Of a stretch of DNA of 64,000 nt, positions 40,568 through 50,296 are shown in pieces. The notes below the pieces were generated by a model. It worked only from the letters and a program-made list of their open reading frames with translations. It was not told the DNA's origin and did not search any database. The position numbers and the translations under genes were made by a program. Each line of letters begins with the position of its first letter. The stretch's first letter is position 1. Origin of the DNA: Candidatus Kuenenia stuttgartensis (GTDB lineage: Bacteria; Planctomycetota; JAKEIC01; DYIT01); contig DYIT01000012.1 of assembly GCA_020723505.1 (NCBI GenBank), positions 372-64,371 on the forward strand, written 5' to 3'.

Positions 40568-42433
40568 ATGAACTGTCCGGGCGACAGCGAGATATCGGTT
40601 TATCTTGATGGCGGGCTTGAAGATAAGGCAGCCGTCGAAATGTCCGATCATCTCGTGAACTGCAGGAAATGCTCCGCCAGGGCCAAGGAGATGATCGACC
40701 TCGGCCGTTTCCGGAAACCGGAAATCGCCGATGCCGGCGTTGAAGATTGCCCGCAAGTCGAGCTGCTCGGCCGGTTCCTCGACGGACGCCTCGAAGGGGA
40801 AGAAGAACATAAGTTTTTGCAGCATTTGATTTTGTGCGAACAGTGCCGCGCGTCGTCGATAGCCTTCAAGAGGATGGCGGCTGCCGAAACTAACGACCTG
40901 AAACTTCCTTCGGACAACGTCATACGCAGGATTAAAAAGACGAACATCAGGGAAATCCGGGCGGCCAGGGCTGCGCGCAGCAGAGGTCAGTTGGCGAGGT
41001 ATGCTATCCCTATTGCCGCGGCAGCTGCAATATCAATAATAGCGGTAATTTACGCCGTCGTATCTTCGTCCCCGCAGGAAAACGGCAACGGCGGCAACAA
41101 GAACGGAAGGCCGGAAAACGGCAGGCCCGGCAACGGCTCCTCGGCTGTCGTGAAAACGCCGGCGGACAATGAATCTGGAAAGACGCCTGGGGCGAATGTC
41201 CCGCCGCCTGAGAACAAAGACAAGCCTCCTTCGGGAACGAACGTCCAGGCCCCTGCGCCTGCGCCGAATCCCGAACCTCCTGAGGAGCCCGGACCTTCGG
41301 AACAGCCGGATCCATCCGAAAAGCCTCCTGAAGAGGTGACGCAGCCCGATCCCAAGGAGGAGCCTGCTTCTCCGAAAGATACTTCCCAGCCCGTGGCTGA
41401 GCCTGCGTGGGAAACCGTGAAGCTCAAGACCATGCCGATGCGCAAGGGCGAGGAGATTCATCTAGTCAGCCATTGGGTGCTTCTGACCGGCATGCTCGCG
41501 GCGGGGTCGAAGCTGATTCTCGGGTCTGAAGCCGACGTGACGGTCAGGGTATCACCCGACCAGCTCCAGATTGACGCTTCGGGCGATGGGAAGTTCGACA
41601 CGGTCATCGGCAAGAACGGCGGGACCTGCTGGCTCAAGCTCAAGTCCGCGGGAGGCGAGCCTTATAATTACGCGCTGGCCTTCATGAAGTCCGGAAAGGA
41701 CTGGGCGGTGAAGAGCGCAAGCTACGCCGCGGGCATGATCGAAGGCGAGATCGTGACGGTTGCCGACGAGAACGCGAACGGCAGGTTCAGCGACCAGGGG
41801 ATAGACTCGCTCTCCGTCGGAAACACGAAGCTCAGGGCCTTCCTGGGCAAGGTCATTTCGATTGATTCCAAGCTTTACGAGTTCGAGATGGACACGACCG
41901 GCGAAGCGGCCAGGATGCGGCCGTACACCGGGCCTCTCGGCGTGCTCGACGTGCAGAGCGGATTCTCCGGCAAGGCCAGAATCACCTCCGCAATAGTGAG
42001 CAGCGAGTCCTGCTCGTTCAACCTCGCAGCCATGCGCAAGGGATCACCTGTTCCCGCGGGCAACTACAGGCTCGTTCACGCCCGGCTTGCGGCAGCGAAG
42101 AAGCTCGAAATCGACGTGCTGGGGAACCCCGAAAGCACAATCAGGCTTGACGACGGCGGCCTGTGCTCCATGGAATGGGGCGCTCCGCTCACCATGGATT
42201 TCACTTCCGCTGCGTCGGGCAACGAGATGCACATCTACCAGGACCACATCTACTTCTACGGCAAGGCCGGGGAAGTCTACTTCATCCAGAACGAAAGCTC
42301 CGTGCCTCCTCCGAAAGCCCAGGTCAGGGCCAAGGGCCTTCCCAGGATTCTCAAGGAAATCACCCTGGGCACGGGAGTGACCGGATCAGGCGCCGGCCGC
42401 TCGCCGGTCCCGGTCGAACCGGGAGCCGGCTGA
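40568..42433 (+). CDS. putative anti-sigma factor (zf-HC2, TM, Pro-rich linker, large extracytoplasmic domain)
   Basis: zf-HC2-like DHLVNCRKCSARAKEM and HLILCEQCRAS. TM YAIPIAAAAAISIIAVIYAVV. Directly downstream of the ECF sigma gene. Ends at an in-frame TGA that is followed by coding-like sequence. Confidence 0.7.
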   Translation: MNCPGDSEISVYLDGGLEDKAAVEMSDHLVNCRKCSARAKEMIDLGRFRKPEIADAGVEDCPQVELLGRFLDGRLEGEEEHKFLQHLILCEQCRASSIAFKRMAAAETNDLKLPSDNVIRRIKKTNIREIRAARAARSRGQLARYAIPIAAAAAISIIAVIYAVVSSSPQENGNGGNKNGRPENGRPGNGSSAVVKTPADNESGKTPGANVPPPENKDKPPSGTNVQAPAPAPNPEPPEEPGPSEQPDPSEKPPEEVTQPDPKEEPASPKDTSQPVAEPAWETVKLKTMPMRKGEEIHLVSHWVLLTGMLAAGSKLILGSEADVTVRVSPDQLQIDASGDGKFDTVIGKNGGTCWLKLKSAGGEPYNYALAFMKSGKDWAVKSASYAAGMIEGEIVTVADENANGRFSDQGIDSLSVGNTKLRAFLGKVISIDSKLYEFEMDTTGEAARMRPYTGPLGVLDVQSGFSGKARITSAIVSSESCSFNLAAMRKGSPVPAGNYRLVHARLAAAKKLEIDVLGNPESTIRLDDGGLCSMEWGAPLTMDFTSAASGNEMHIYQDHIYFYGKAGEVYFIQNESSVPPPKAQVRAKGLPRILKEITLGTGVTGSGAGRSPVPVEPGAG

Positions 42434-42602
42434 GGCTTCTCGCCGGCGGCCCCGGGCGGCCGCAACGGATCCCCTCAGGCGAAGGACGGGTGCACGTTCG
42501 TGCTCGACATCACCGGGCTGCCGGAGAAGATCGAGATCAAGCTGATTGACCGGCGCTTCAAGGAAGTCTTCGGCATCATCGAGTCCGCCTGGAAATAGGC
42601 AT

Positions 42603-42670
42603 CATCACATGATCCTGACGGGCCGGAACTGTGTTCCTGTCGTGTTCCGGCCCGTCAGGGTCATGTGATG
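42603..42670. terminator. 27-bp-stem hairpin between convergent genes (putative bidirectional terminator)
   Basis: CATCACATGATCCTGACGGGCCGGAAC (42603-42629) / GTTCCGGCCCGTCAGGGTCATGTGATG (42644-42670). 26/27 paired, 14-nt loop. Overlaps the last 10 nt of pcnB. Confidence 0.6.
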
Positions 42671-44049
42671 TCCTTCCGCATCTCCTGCTCTGCGAAGCCC
42701 GGCGGGTCCTGGGGCCCGGTTTTTTCCTCGCGGGGTTTGCCGCGCCATCTGCGCCCGCGCCTCCTGCGGCCTTGCGCTCCCTGGCGCGCGCCTTCCTTAC
42801 TGACGGGCGCATGCCATTCTTCGGACACGTGCGAGTCAAGGCCTGAAGCGCAGGACCAGATCTTCAGGAAATCCATCGCGAGCCTGTAGGATTCCCGTTT
42901 CATGAACTTGAATTCCCCCCTGCATCCTCTGCCCCGGTACAGGCGCCAGAGGCTGAGCAGGAGCTCGCGGGCGAGGTGCGAGGTCTGCGAGCCCAGGCCG
43001 TAGTAGGTCGAGAAGGGCGCGACCATCGTTTCGATCACATGCAGGACCGTATCGAGGTTCTCGTTGAGCAGCGAAGGCATCTGCGCATGCAGGGACGGGA
43101 AGTGGAGCGTGGTCAGTATGAACCATGCCTCGGGAATCCTGCCGTCTCCGGCGTTCGCGTCCATTGCTCCGAGGAGTTTCCACAGGTTCTCGGACGGCGC
43201 CACGCCTTGCATGAGGTGCGGGAAGAGACCGAGGTCGTGCGATCTGCGCAGGACTTCGGATGACACGCCGAGGGTGAAGAGATTGAACAGCTCTTCCTTG
43301 AGCCTCATCCTCGAGGCGTCCGTAATAAGGCTGGCGTTGCCCCTGAGGGCCGCTTCCGCGGCCGGGTCGAGCGTGAACCCGAGCCGCGCGGAGAACTCGA
43401 GGGCCCTGAGCATGCGCACCGGATCCTCCTTGAACCTGAGGTCCGGGTCGCCGATGACCCTGAGGTTCCTTTCCTGCATGTCGCGCAGCCCGCCCACGTA
43501 GTCGATAATCGAGTAGTTCGCGATGTCGTAGAACAGCGCGTTGGCGGTGAAGTCCCTGCGAAGCGCGTCCTGTCGCGGGGTTCCGAACGTGTTCTCGGCC
43601 CCGTACCTGTCGAGTTCGTCGGTCGACGGCGCCCTCCGGAACGTGATGACCTCGATCACCTTGTTCCTCGGGAAGCGCACGTGGACGAGCTTGAAGCGCT
43701 TGCCGATGATGAATGAGCTGCGGAAGAGCCTGTGGATTTGGCCCGGTCTCGCGTCGGTCCCGATGTCGAAGTCCTTCGGTTGCTTTCCGATCAGGAGGTC
43801 GCGCACGCTGCCGCCTACGAGGTAGGCCTTGTAGCCGTTGTTCCTGAGGCGGTACATGATGGACAGTGCGTCCGGATCGATGAGGCTCCTCGAGATGGGA
43901 TGGCGGTCGCGTGGGACTACGACGGGTTCGGCGTCCTGTTCGGCGCCGTTTGGGCGGCAGGCGGTCCCGGGTCCGGGCGATTCGGCCGCCGGATTCTGAT
44001 CCGCTGGCGATTCCAGTCCGTCCTGCGCTGAGCTTTGGCTTGCGATCAT
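42661..44049 (-). CDS. pcnB: poly(A) polymerase I / tRNA nucleotidyltransferase-family protein
   Basis: GYKAYLVGGSVRDLLIGKQPKDFDIGTDARP..RFKLVHVRF..IEVITFR..RRDFTANALFYD. Arg-rich C-terminus. Start uncertain (44049 or 44100; the latter abuts the tRNA). Confidence 0.8.
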   Translation of the reverse strand: MIASQSSAQDGLESPADQNPAAESPGPGTACRPNGAEQDAEPVVVPRDRHPISRSLIDPDALSIMYRLRNNGYKAYLVGGSVRDLLIGKQPKDFDIGTDARPGQIHRLFRSSFIIGKRFKLVHVRFPRNKVIEVITFRRAPSTDELDRYGAENTFGTPRQDALRRDFTANALFYDIANYSIIDYVGGLRDMQERNLRVIGDPDLRFKEDPVRMLRALEFSARLGFTLDPAAEAALRGNASLITDASRMRLKEELFNLFTLGVSSEVLRRSHDLGLFPHLMQGVAPSENLWKLLGAMDANAGDGRIPEAWFILTTLHFPSLHAQMPSLLNENLDTVLHVIETMVAPFSTYYGLGSQTSHLARELLLSLWRLYRGRGCRGEFKFMKRESYRLAMDFLKIWSCASGLDSHVSEEWHAPVSKEGARQGAQGRRRRGRRWRGKPREEKTGPQDPPGFAEQEMRKDIT

Positions 44050-44103
44050 GAAAATCCACGGGGGCGCGGACGCCTCTACGGCGGCCGCGCCCCCGGACAA
44101 GAC

Positions 44104-44179
44104 TGGTGAGGGCAGAAGGATTCGAACCTTCGACCCACGGCTTAAAAAGCCGTTGCTCTACCTACTGAGCTATGCCCCC
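44104..44179 (-). tRNA. tRNA-Lys (anticodon UUU)
   Basis: Reverse complement GGGGGCATAGCTCAGTAGGTAGAGCAACGGCTTTTTAAGCCGTGGGTCGAAGGTTCGAATCCTTCTGCCCTCACCA. 7-bp acceptor stem, anticodon loop TTTTTAA, GGTTCGAATCC T-arm, encoded CCA. Confidence 0.9.
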
Positions 44180-44317
44180 AAGTCGATGGATATGACGATG
44201 TTATGACATGGAGGAAGCGACTTGTCAAGGAGACAGGAGGGGGGGATGTCATTCCCGTTCAGTATGAACCAGCCTTCCCGACAGAAAGGAACCCATATGG
44301 CCGACCCTCTGGACCGA

Positions 44318-45142
44318 TTACCCGAACCTTCCGCTCATGTAGTCCTCGGTCCTCTTGTCCAAGGGTTTCGTGAACATGCTTTTCGTGGCGCCGTGCTCGA
44401 CGAGTGTCCCCTCGTACATGAAGGCCGTGACGTCCGAAACGCGCGCCGCCTGTTGCATGTTATGCGTCACGATGATGATAGTGTAGGCTCCCCGGAGCTC
44501 GTCCATGAGGTCCTCAATGCGGGCCGTGGCCTTTGGATCAAGCGCGGAGGTGGGCTCGTCCATGAGCAGGATTTCGGGGTCCACGGCGAGGGCGCGCGCG
44601 ATGCAAAGCCTCTGCTGCTGCCCGCCGGAGAGGCCGAGAGCGTTCTGGCGCAGCCTGTCCTTGACCTCGTCCCAGAGCGCCGCGCGGCGGAGGCTGCGCT
44701 CGACCACCTCCGCGATCCCCGACCTCCTTCCGACCCCGAGCAGCCGCGGCCCGTACGCTACGTTGTCGAATACGCTCTTGGGGAAGGGGTTCGGCTTCTG
44801 GAATACCATCCCGACCCTCTGCCTCAGGGCGGTCACGTCTATGTAGGAGCCGTAAATCTCGTGCCCGTCGAAGACCAGGCTGCCTGCCGCGCGGCAGCCC
44901 GGGATGAGGTCGTTCATCCTGTTGATTGCTCCCAGGAACGTGCTCTTGCCACAGCCCGAAGGGCCGATTATCGCGGTTATGAGCCCAGCAGGGACGTCGA
45001 AGGTCACCTTTCTCACGGCCTCGTTCGCTCCGTAGAAGACCGAGAACCCTGCGGCGGACACGTGGGGTCTGAGCTCTCTCGAAGGCGTCTCCACCCTGTC
45101 GGCCGGGACAGCCCTCCCTGTTTCCATCAGCATCGCATGCAT
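44318..45142 (-). CDS. pstB: phosphate ABC transporter ATP-binding protein
   Basis: Walker [19 protein letters not shown]. Signature LSGGQQQRL. Walker [13 protein letters not shown]. Confidence 0.95.
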   Translation of the reverse strand: MHAMLMETGRAVPADRVETPSRELRPHVSAAGFSVFYGANEAVRKVTFDVPAGLITAIIGPSGCGKSTFLGAINRMNDLIPGCRAAGSLVFDGHEIYGSYIDVTALRQRVGMVFQKPNPFPKSVFDNVAYGPRLLGVGRRSGIAEVVERSLRRAALWDEVKDRLRQNALGLSGGQQQRLCIARALAVDPEILLMDEPTSALDPKATARIEDLMDELRGAYTIIIVTHNMQQAARVSDVTAFMYEGTLVEHGATKSMFTKPLDKRTEDYMSGRFG

Positions 45143-45146
45143 CCGT

Positions 45147-46493
45147 TCACCCCTTTAGCTTTCTCGATATCCTGGCCCTCAGGATTATCGCGGCCATGTT
45201 GAGGATTAGCACGACCGCCACCAGCGCGAGCACCATCCCGTACTGCACGTGCCTCAGCTCGTCCAGCTTCTGGTGTTCTGTGGACAGGTTGTACACGTTC
45301 CAGGAGAGGGCGGGCGTCGGCTGCGACAGCGTCTCCAGGATCCCGAGCGGGTCCCCCACGCTCACGGCCGCGGTGAAAATGATGGGCGCGGTCTCGCCGG
45401 CGGCCCTGCCCATGCTGATTATCACGCCCGTCAGTATCCCTGGCAGCGCCGCGGGGAGTATCACCGTGGCCACGGCGCGCCCTTTGCCCGCGCCAAGGCT
45501 CAGCGCAGCCTCCTTGTAAGTCTGAGGAACGGCCCTTATCGCCTCCTCGGATGCCCTGATAATCGTCGGCAGCACTAGCAGCGCCAGAGTCAGGGACCCC
45601 GCCAGCACGCTCTTGGATTCCGACAAGTGCACGGCGTTTATGAAGAACGCCAGCCCGAACAGCCCGAAGACCACGCTCGGCACCCCGGCGAGCGTGTTGA
45701 TTAGCATGCGCAGGACCGCGTTCACGATGCTCTGGCCGGCGTACTCCGCGAAGTAGACCGCCGAAAGCACTCCGACGGGGACCGCGAACGCGATCGCCCC
45801 GATTGTGAGGTAGAACGTCCCGAGCAGTTCCGGCCAGATTCCGCCGAAGAAGTGGGCGTCCCTCGAGACGTCCGTGAAGAAGCGCCAATAGATCGTGAAC
45901 CTGGGCCTCAACATCTCCCCGGCATGCGCCTCGAGGTGCGGGAACAGCGCTGCGACGAACGTGCCTTCGAACTCCTCCGCCCTCGGCTTGCGGACCAGGA
46001 CGCCCATTTTCGTGGGGTCCGAGCAGTCGTAGGTCTCGGTGAAGAGCACCGCCTCGAGTTTGACCTTCGCCCTGTCCCATCGCGTCTGCCCGTACCGCAT
46101 CCTCGGAAGGACCGGCCTGGGCTCTCCCGGAAGCGGGCCGAAAAGCTCCCTGATCCTTCCCTCGAGCTCAGCGAGCTTGCCTTCGAATTCCCTTTTCCGC
46201 TTGAAGGGCATGGACTTCATCTCAATGCGGAATCCGGCCAGCATGTCGAAAAGCGGCTTGCGTTCGGCCAGTACGGCGGCCGTCTCCGCCTCGACCTCAG
46301 CCCTGTCCCCGGCACCGAACTGCTCCAGCATCATGCGCCTGTGCTCGGCCGTGGCTCTGAACGCGACTGCGCCTGCGCCCCGCACGACTATGGGCGCCAG
46401 AATCACGACCAGCGACCCGGCCATGAACAGGATCGAGAAGACGCCCAGGCTCGAGAACGACTTGTCCAGCAGTTTCCTCGTCGACCGCGTCAA
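45147..46493 (-). CDS. pstA: phosphate ABC transporter permease PstA (long form with periplasmic insert)
   Basis: [46 protein letters not shown]. Start placed at TTG 46493 (GGGAGGG SD, 8-nt spacer, 5 nt after the pstC stop). The alternatives ATG 46541 and 46559 would overlap pstC. Confidence 0.85.
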   Translation of the reverse strand: MTRSTRKLLDKSFSSLGVFSILFMAGSLVVILAPIVVRGAGAVAFRATAEHRRMMLEQFGAGDRAEVEAETAAVLAERKPLFDMLAGFRIEMKSMPFKRKREFEGKLAELEGRIRELFGPLPGEPRPVLPRMRYGQTRWDRAKVKLEAVLFTETYDCSDPTKMGVLVRKPRAEEFEGTFVAALFPHLEAHAGEMLRPRFTIYWRFFTDVSRDAHFFGGIWPELLGTFYLTIGAIAFAVPVGVLSAVYFAEYAGQSIVNAVLRMLINTLAGVPSVVFGLFGLAFFINAVHLSESKSVLAGSLTLALLVLPTIIRASEEAIRAVPQTYKEAALSLGAGKGRAVATVILPAALPGILTGVIISMGRAAGETAPIIFTAAVSVGDPLGILETLSQPTPALSWNVYNLSTEHQKLDELRHVQYGMVLALVAVVLILNMAAIILRARISRKLKG

Positions 46494-46498
46494 TGCCG

Positions 46499-47707
46499 CT
46501 ACCCTCCCGAATTCTTCCGCCTCGCCCTCCTCATGACCCATTCGCTCGCGACGTTGCATGCGAATGACACGAGCAGGAGGCCTGCCGCCATGGCGAAGAG
46601 CGCGTGGTACCGCGCGGACCCCGTGACATGGTCGGCCTCGCCCATGTCCCCGGCAATGGTGGCGGTCAGGGTCCTTATCGGCTCCAGCAGGTTATAGATG
46701 GGCGAGGGGACCTTCGCCGAGTTGCCCGACGCCATCCAGACGACCATGGTCTCGCCCGCGGCGCGCATGATCCCGAGCATCACCGCAGCCACGAGCCCCG
46801 ACGACGCGGCGGGGATCACCACCTTCACCACGGTCTCCGCCCTCGTGGCGCCGAGTGCGTACGACCCCTCCCTCAGGTCCCGGCCCACGGCCTGGAGTGC
46901 GTCCTCGGAAACGCTGACCACCGTCGGGAGCGCCATGATTCCGAGGATGAGCGACACGTTCAGCGCGTTCGTGCCGCTCGATATCTCGAGGTCCTCGGCG
47001 GCCGAGGACAGTTCGCGAAGAGCGATGAACGCCGCGGCTGCGAAAAGCCCCGCGAGCGGCCACCTCGCGGCGCGGCCTGCCCGGGACGGGAGCAATGACG
47101 ATGCGGCGCCGCCGGCGGCGACGCACGCGATTGCCGCAACCGGCCCGCCGGCGACCCACACCGCAGCCGACAGGGCCGTCCCTCCGTTGTCCTGCAGGAA
47201 AGGCGCCAGCACCACGAGCGCGAAGAACCCGTACGCGACCGAGGGGATTGCCGCCAGGATTTCGATTACGGGCTTCACGGCCTGCCTCGTCCTGAACGGC
47301 AGCACCTCGCTCATGCACACTGCGGCGGAAATTCCGAGCGGCACGGCGAACGCCGCGGCGCAGGCGGTGACGATTGCGCTGCCGGCTATAATCGCCAGTG
47401 CGCCGAACTCCGGAGGCGACCTCGACGGAAACCACTTGACGCTCGTAAGGAACTCCGAAAACCCGCGCAGCTTGAAGAAAGGAAGGGCGTCGCGGAGGAT
47501 GAAACCGAGGATGAATAGCACGGCTGCGGAAGAGGCGGCAGCTGCGGAGAAAAGGACCACCCTCGCCGCGAAGGCGGATGCCTGCCTTCGCAGGCCCGCC
47601 GCCCGGCCCAGGACGAGCCCCGGGCGAGAACACGGCCTGCACGTCCCTGCCGCAACATCTCCGCCGGCATTTCCTGTGTATTCGGGCACTCTCGAATACC
47701 CCCGCAA
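46499..47707 (-). CDS. pstC: phosphate ABC transporter permease PstC
   Basis: AIPSVAYGFFALVVLAPFL..EGSYALGATRAETVVKVVIPAASSGLVAAVMLG. Start uncertain (TTG 47707). Confidence 0.85.
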   Translation of the reverse strand: MRGYSRVPEYTGNAGGDVAAGTCRPCSRPGLVLGRAAGLRRQASAFAARVVLFSAAAASSAAVLFILGFILRDALPFFKLRGFSEFLTSVKWFPSRSPPEFGALAIIAGSAIVTACAAAFAVPLGISAAVCMSEVLPFRTRQAVKPVIEILAAIPSVAYGFFALVVLAPFLQDNGGTALSAAVWVAGGPVAAIACVAAGGAASSLLPSRAGRAARWPLAGLFAAAAFIALRELSSAAEDLEISSGTNALNVSLILGIMALPTVVSVSEDALQAVGRDLREGSYALGATRAETVVKVVIPAASSGLVAAVMLGIMRAAGETMVVWMASGNSAKVPSPIYNLLEPIRTLTATIAGDMGEADHVTGSARYHALFAMAAGLLLVSFACNVASEWVMRRARRKNSGG

Positions 47708-47810
47708 TCCGGAAAAGGCAGTAGAGCAGTGAAACAGTCGGGCAGGCGAGCTGGTTCCTGCCCGCCGCCGTCACCTGTTCCCCGCTCCCCTGTCCCCTGG
47801 AACCAAGAGC

Positions 47811-48656
47811 CTATCTGTAGTCCGTCATCGGCACGAAGCCAATCGCCTCGATGATTTCCTGTCCCTTCTTCGTCAGGTGAAGTGTGACGAAGGAATGGAG
47901 GGCTGATCCGAGCTTCGGATATCCGTTCGTGAACATGAAAAGGGGCCTGGCGACCGGGTACCTTCCCGAAGCCACGCTGTCCCGATCGGGAGCGATTCCG
48001 TCGACCTCGAGGGCCTTCACCGTGCGATCGACGAAGCCCAGCCCCGCGTATCCGATTGCCCCCAGGGTTGTCTGGACCCTCTGGCGCACAGCACCGCTCG
48101 ACCCGACGTACTCGACCCCTTCGCACATCTTCCGCTTCCTGAGCACGAGCTCCTCGAAAGCCTCGTAGGTGCCGCTGTTCGTGTCCCTCGACACGATGAC
48201 GATTTTCACGTCCGGGCCGCCCAAGTCCTTCCAGTTCGAGACGCCGCCCGTGTAGATGTCCGCAATCTGGGCGGTCGTAAGAGCCTTGACCGGGTTGGCG
48301 GGGTGGACGATTACCGCGAGCCCGTCCATTGCCACCGCATGGGCGACCGGCAGCACGCCTTTGTCTACGGCCGCCTTGAACTCCTCGGGTTTCATGAACC
48401 TCGACATCGCGGCAACGTCGCATGAGCCGTTGATGAGGCTTTTGGCGCCGTTGCCCGATCCGGACTCTGCCACGGTAATCTTGACTCCCTGGTCCCGATC
48501 CATCATGAACTCCGCAAAAGCCTTGGCTATCGGCCCCACGGTGGTGGACCCGTCCACGACAATCTTCGCCTTCCTGCCCCCGGCCTCCTGGCCCGTCGTC
48601 GCGCATACCGGCAACAGAACCACAAGCGCCCCCAGGAGAATCCTCCTTCCGTTCAT
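47811..48656 (-). CDS. pstS: phosphate-binding protein PstS
   Basis: Signal peptide, then VDGSTTVGPIAKAFAE..SGSGNGAKSLINGSCDVAAMSR. Start moved to MNGRR (GGAGG SD). Confidence 0.9.
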   Translation of the reverse strand: MNGRRILLGALVVLLPVCATTGQEAGGRKAKIVVDGSTTVGPIAKAFAEFMMDRDQGVKITVAESGSGNGAKSLINGSCDVAAMSRFMKPEEFKAAVDKGVLPVAHAVAMDGLAVIVHPANPVKALTTAQIADIYTGGVSNWKDLGGPDVKIVIVSRDTNSGTYEAFEELVLRKRKMCEGVEYVGSSGAVRQRVQTTLGAIGYAGLGFVDRTVKALEVDGIAPDRDSVASGRYPVARPLFMFTNGYPKLGSALHSFVTLHLTKKGQEIIEAIGFVPMTDYR

Positions 48657-48699
48657 GCTTTCAACCTCCAATGTTTGTTTTCTACTCCGCTTCCATCGG

Positions 48700-49974
48700 T
48701 CAGAACTTGACGGCGAGGTCCACCTGGAGCCTCCTGTACGCCCCCCTGCGATTCTGGGCGTTCGTCGTCGAAATCCTCGCCTCGTCATGGAAATAGGACA
48801 CGCCCAGGGTCACGTTCTTGAATGGAACGACCTCCAGGGATACTTTGTGGCCCCTGCCGTCGGTGCCGCCTCCGAAGGAGTCCGAATCCGTGAAGGCCCC
48901 GACCACGGCGTCCTTCCTGAGCTCGCGGTAGTTGTACTTGAGCGCGAAGCTCAGGGGCTTGTCGGCCTTGCCTATGCAGGCTCCCGCAATCCAGCCGAAA
49001 TTTTCGTCCACGTGCGTGGCCATGTTCTGCACGCTGTGCACGAACACCTGCACGGGGATTGCCTTGTCGCCCGCGGGGACCTCGAACCCGGCCTCGAAGA
49101 ACAGCTCCAGCTCGTTGTAGTCGTGCGCGTAATCGCCGCCGGTCTTGGTGTTCCCGAAGCTCTTTCCCGTTCCTGTGTAATCGAACACCGGCTTGTGCCT
49201 CGTGTTGACGAAGTCGAAATAGCCGACGCCTCCGAGAAGATAGATGTTTGCCGGCAGCTTGAACCTGAGGATGGCCTGAATCCCGAAAACCCCCGCGTCC
49301 GTCTCAGCCGACCGTTCCATCAGCAGGAAGCCCCCGAGGATCGTCTGGAGGCTGAAGACGCCCTGTTCCAGCGTATACTTGAGCGCCGCGCCCTCGGGCG
49401 TGAGGTCGTGGTCCCAGACCAGGTCGCTCTTGCCGGGCAGCAAGTACGGATTCTCCATCTTGCCGAACAGGAGCTTTAAACCCTTCACGGCGGATGGATG
49501 GTATTCGAGCTGCGCGAGGTCCAGCCATATCCCTTTCTTGGAATCCCCGTTCGTCATCGTCATGTTCGTGGACACGGGATCCGCGCCGGTCCCGGCGTTT
49601 ACGGATTCCGCGGTCGCCATGCGGAGCTTGAAGTCGAGATCGTCGAAGACCGGCGCGTCCAGGCCGATTCTGGCCCTTATCCGCGGCCTGTGCCTGTCCC
49701 TGACCTCGGGGTCCCACGAGGGCTGGCCGATGTACTCGTAGCGGAGCCTGAAATCCCCGGAGAGCTTCATCGCCTCGTACCACTCCCGTTTCTTCGCTTC
49801 CTTCGTCTCCGCCGCCTTCTCTCCCGTCTTCTGCGGCTCCTGCGCTGCTTCCGCTCCGCGTCCGGGGGCTTCCTTGGAACCCGGCTCCCGGTCCCCGGCA
49901 TGGAGCAGGCAGGGGGAGCAGACCAGCGCCATAGAGGCGAACACACAAGCCCGAACGAATCCCGCCATAATCAT
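48700..49974 (-). CDS. outer-membrane beta-barrel porin, first gene of the pst operon
   Basis: Signal peptide MIMAGFVRACVFASMALV. Alternating beta-strand pattern. C-terminal ..LQVDLAVKF (terminal Phe). 43 nt upstream of pstS. Confidence 0.7.
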   Translation of the reverse strand: MIMAGFVRACVFASMALVCSPCLLHAGDREPGSKEAPGRGAEAAQEPQKTGEKAAETKEAKKREWYEAMKLSGDFRLRYEYIGQPSWDPEVRDRHRPRIRARIGLDAPVFDDLDFKLRMATAESVNAGTGADPVSTNMTMTNGDSKKGIWLDLAQLEYHPSAVKGLKLLFGKMENPYLLPGKSDLVWDHDLTPEGAALKYTLEQGVFSLQTILGGFLLMERSAETDAGVFGIQAILRFKLPANIYLLGGVGYFDFVNTRHKPVFDYTGTGKSFGNTKTGGDYAHDYNELELFFEAGFEVPAGDKAIPVQVFVHSVQNMATHVDENFGWIAGACIGKADKPLSFALKYNYRELRKDAVVGAFTDSDSFGGGTDGRGHKVSLEVVPFKNVTLGVSYFHDEARISTTNAQNRRGAYRRLQVDLAVKF

Positions 49975-50037
49975 TCCTCTCCAGAAAGTCGCATCGAATT
50001 CCAGAACACCCCTGAAGCATGCCACACGGGTATGAAG

Positions 50038-50058
50038 CGATTATTAGCCGATTATTAG
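50038..50058 (-). promoter_or_regulatory. Pho-box-like tandem direct repeat (2 x CGATTATTAG, 11-bp period)
   Basis: Exact 10-mers at 50038-50047 and 50049-50058, 64-84 nt upstream of the porin start. Locally the most AT-rich patch. Confidence 0.4.
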
Positions 50059-50092
50059 AAATGCGTTAATCCGGCATCGGACGCTCCGGTAA

Positions 50093-50185
50093 GGATTCCG
50101 GGATCCCGGGAAGCACTTCATCGGGAAGCCGTTCTCCCAGGCTGACCTGGCCAGGAGGATCCGCGAAGCCTTCGGATTAAATTGA
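50093..50185 (+). pseudogene. remnant of a receiver-domain C-terminus
   Basis: Translates to GFRDPGKHFIGKPFSQADLARRIREAFGLN-stop (the KPF..L..I motif of response-regulator receivers). An in-frame TAA lies immediately upstream, so only about 30 codons survive. Confidence 0.4.
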
Positions 50186-50192
50186 GGCGAGG

Positions 50193-50220
50193 ATGTACCC
50201 TAATGTTGCATAAAACCCGC
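50193..50220 (+). repeat. family-E 27-mer, second copy
   Basis: ATGTACCCTAATGTTGCATAAAACCCGC compared with 12583-12610. Confidence 0.6.
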
Positions 50221-50296
50221 ATCAAGCCGAGATTTGCCGATCCCGGGATTTGTCTCACCACGAAGACCATGAAGGGAGTTGAAGAGATCCGGATTT

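Noticed and set aside
42431-42470. Selenocysteine recoding of the in-frame TGA. A small hairpin, GCGGCC-CCGGGC-GGCCGC, starts about 13 nt downstream.
   Set aside because: The stem is only 6 bp and lacks the apical-loop features of bacterial SECIS elements. The local peptide context (GAG-U-GFS) is not a redox motif. No sel genes are visible in this window. It is kept only as a minor alternative in the finding.
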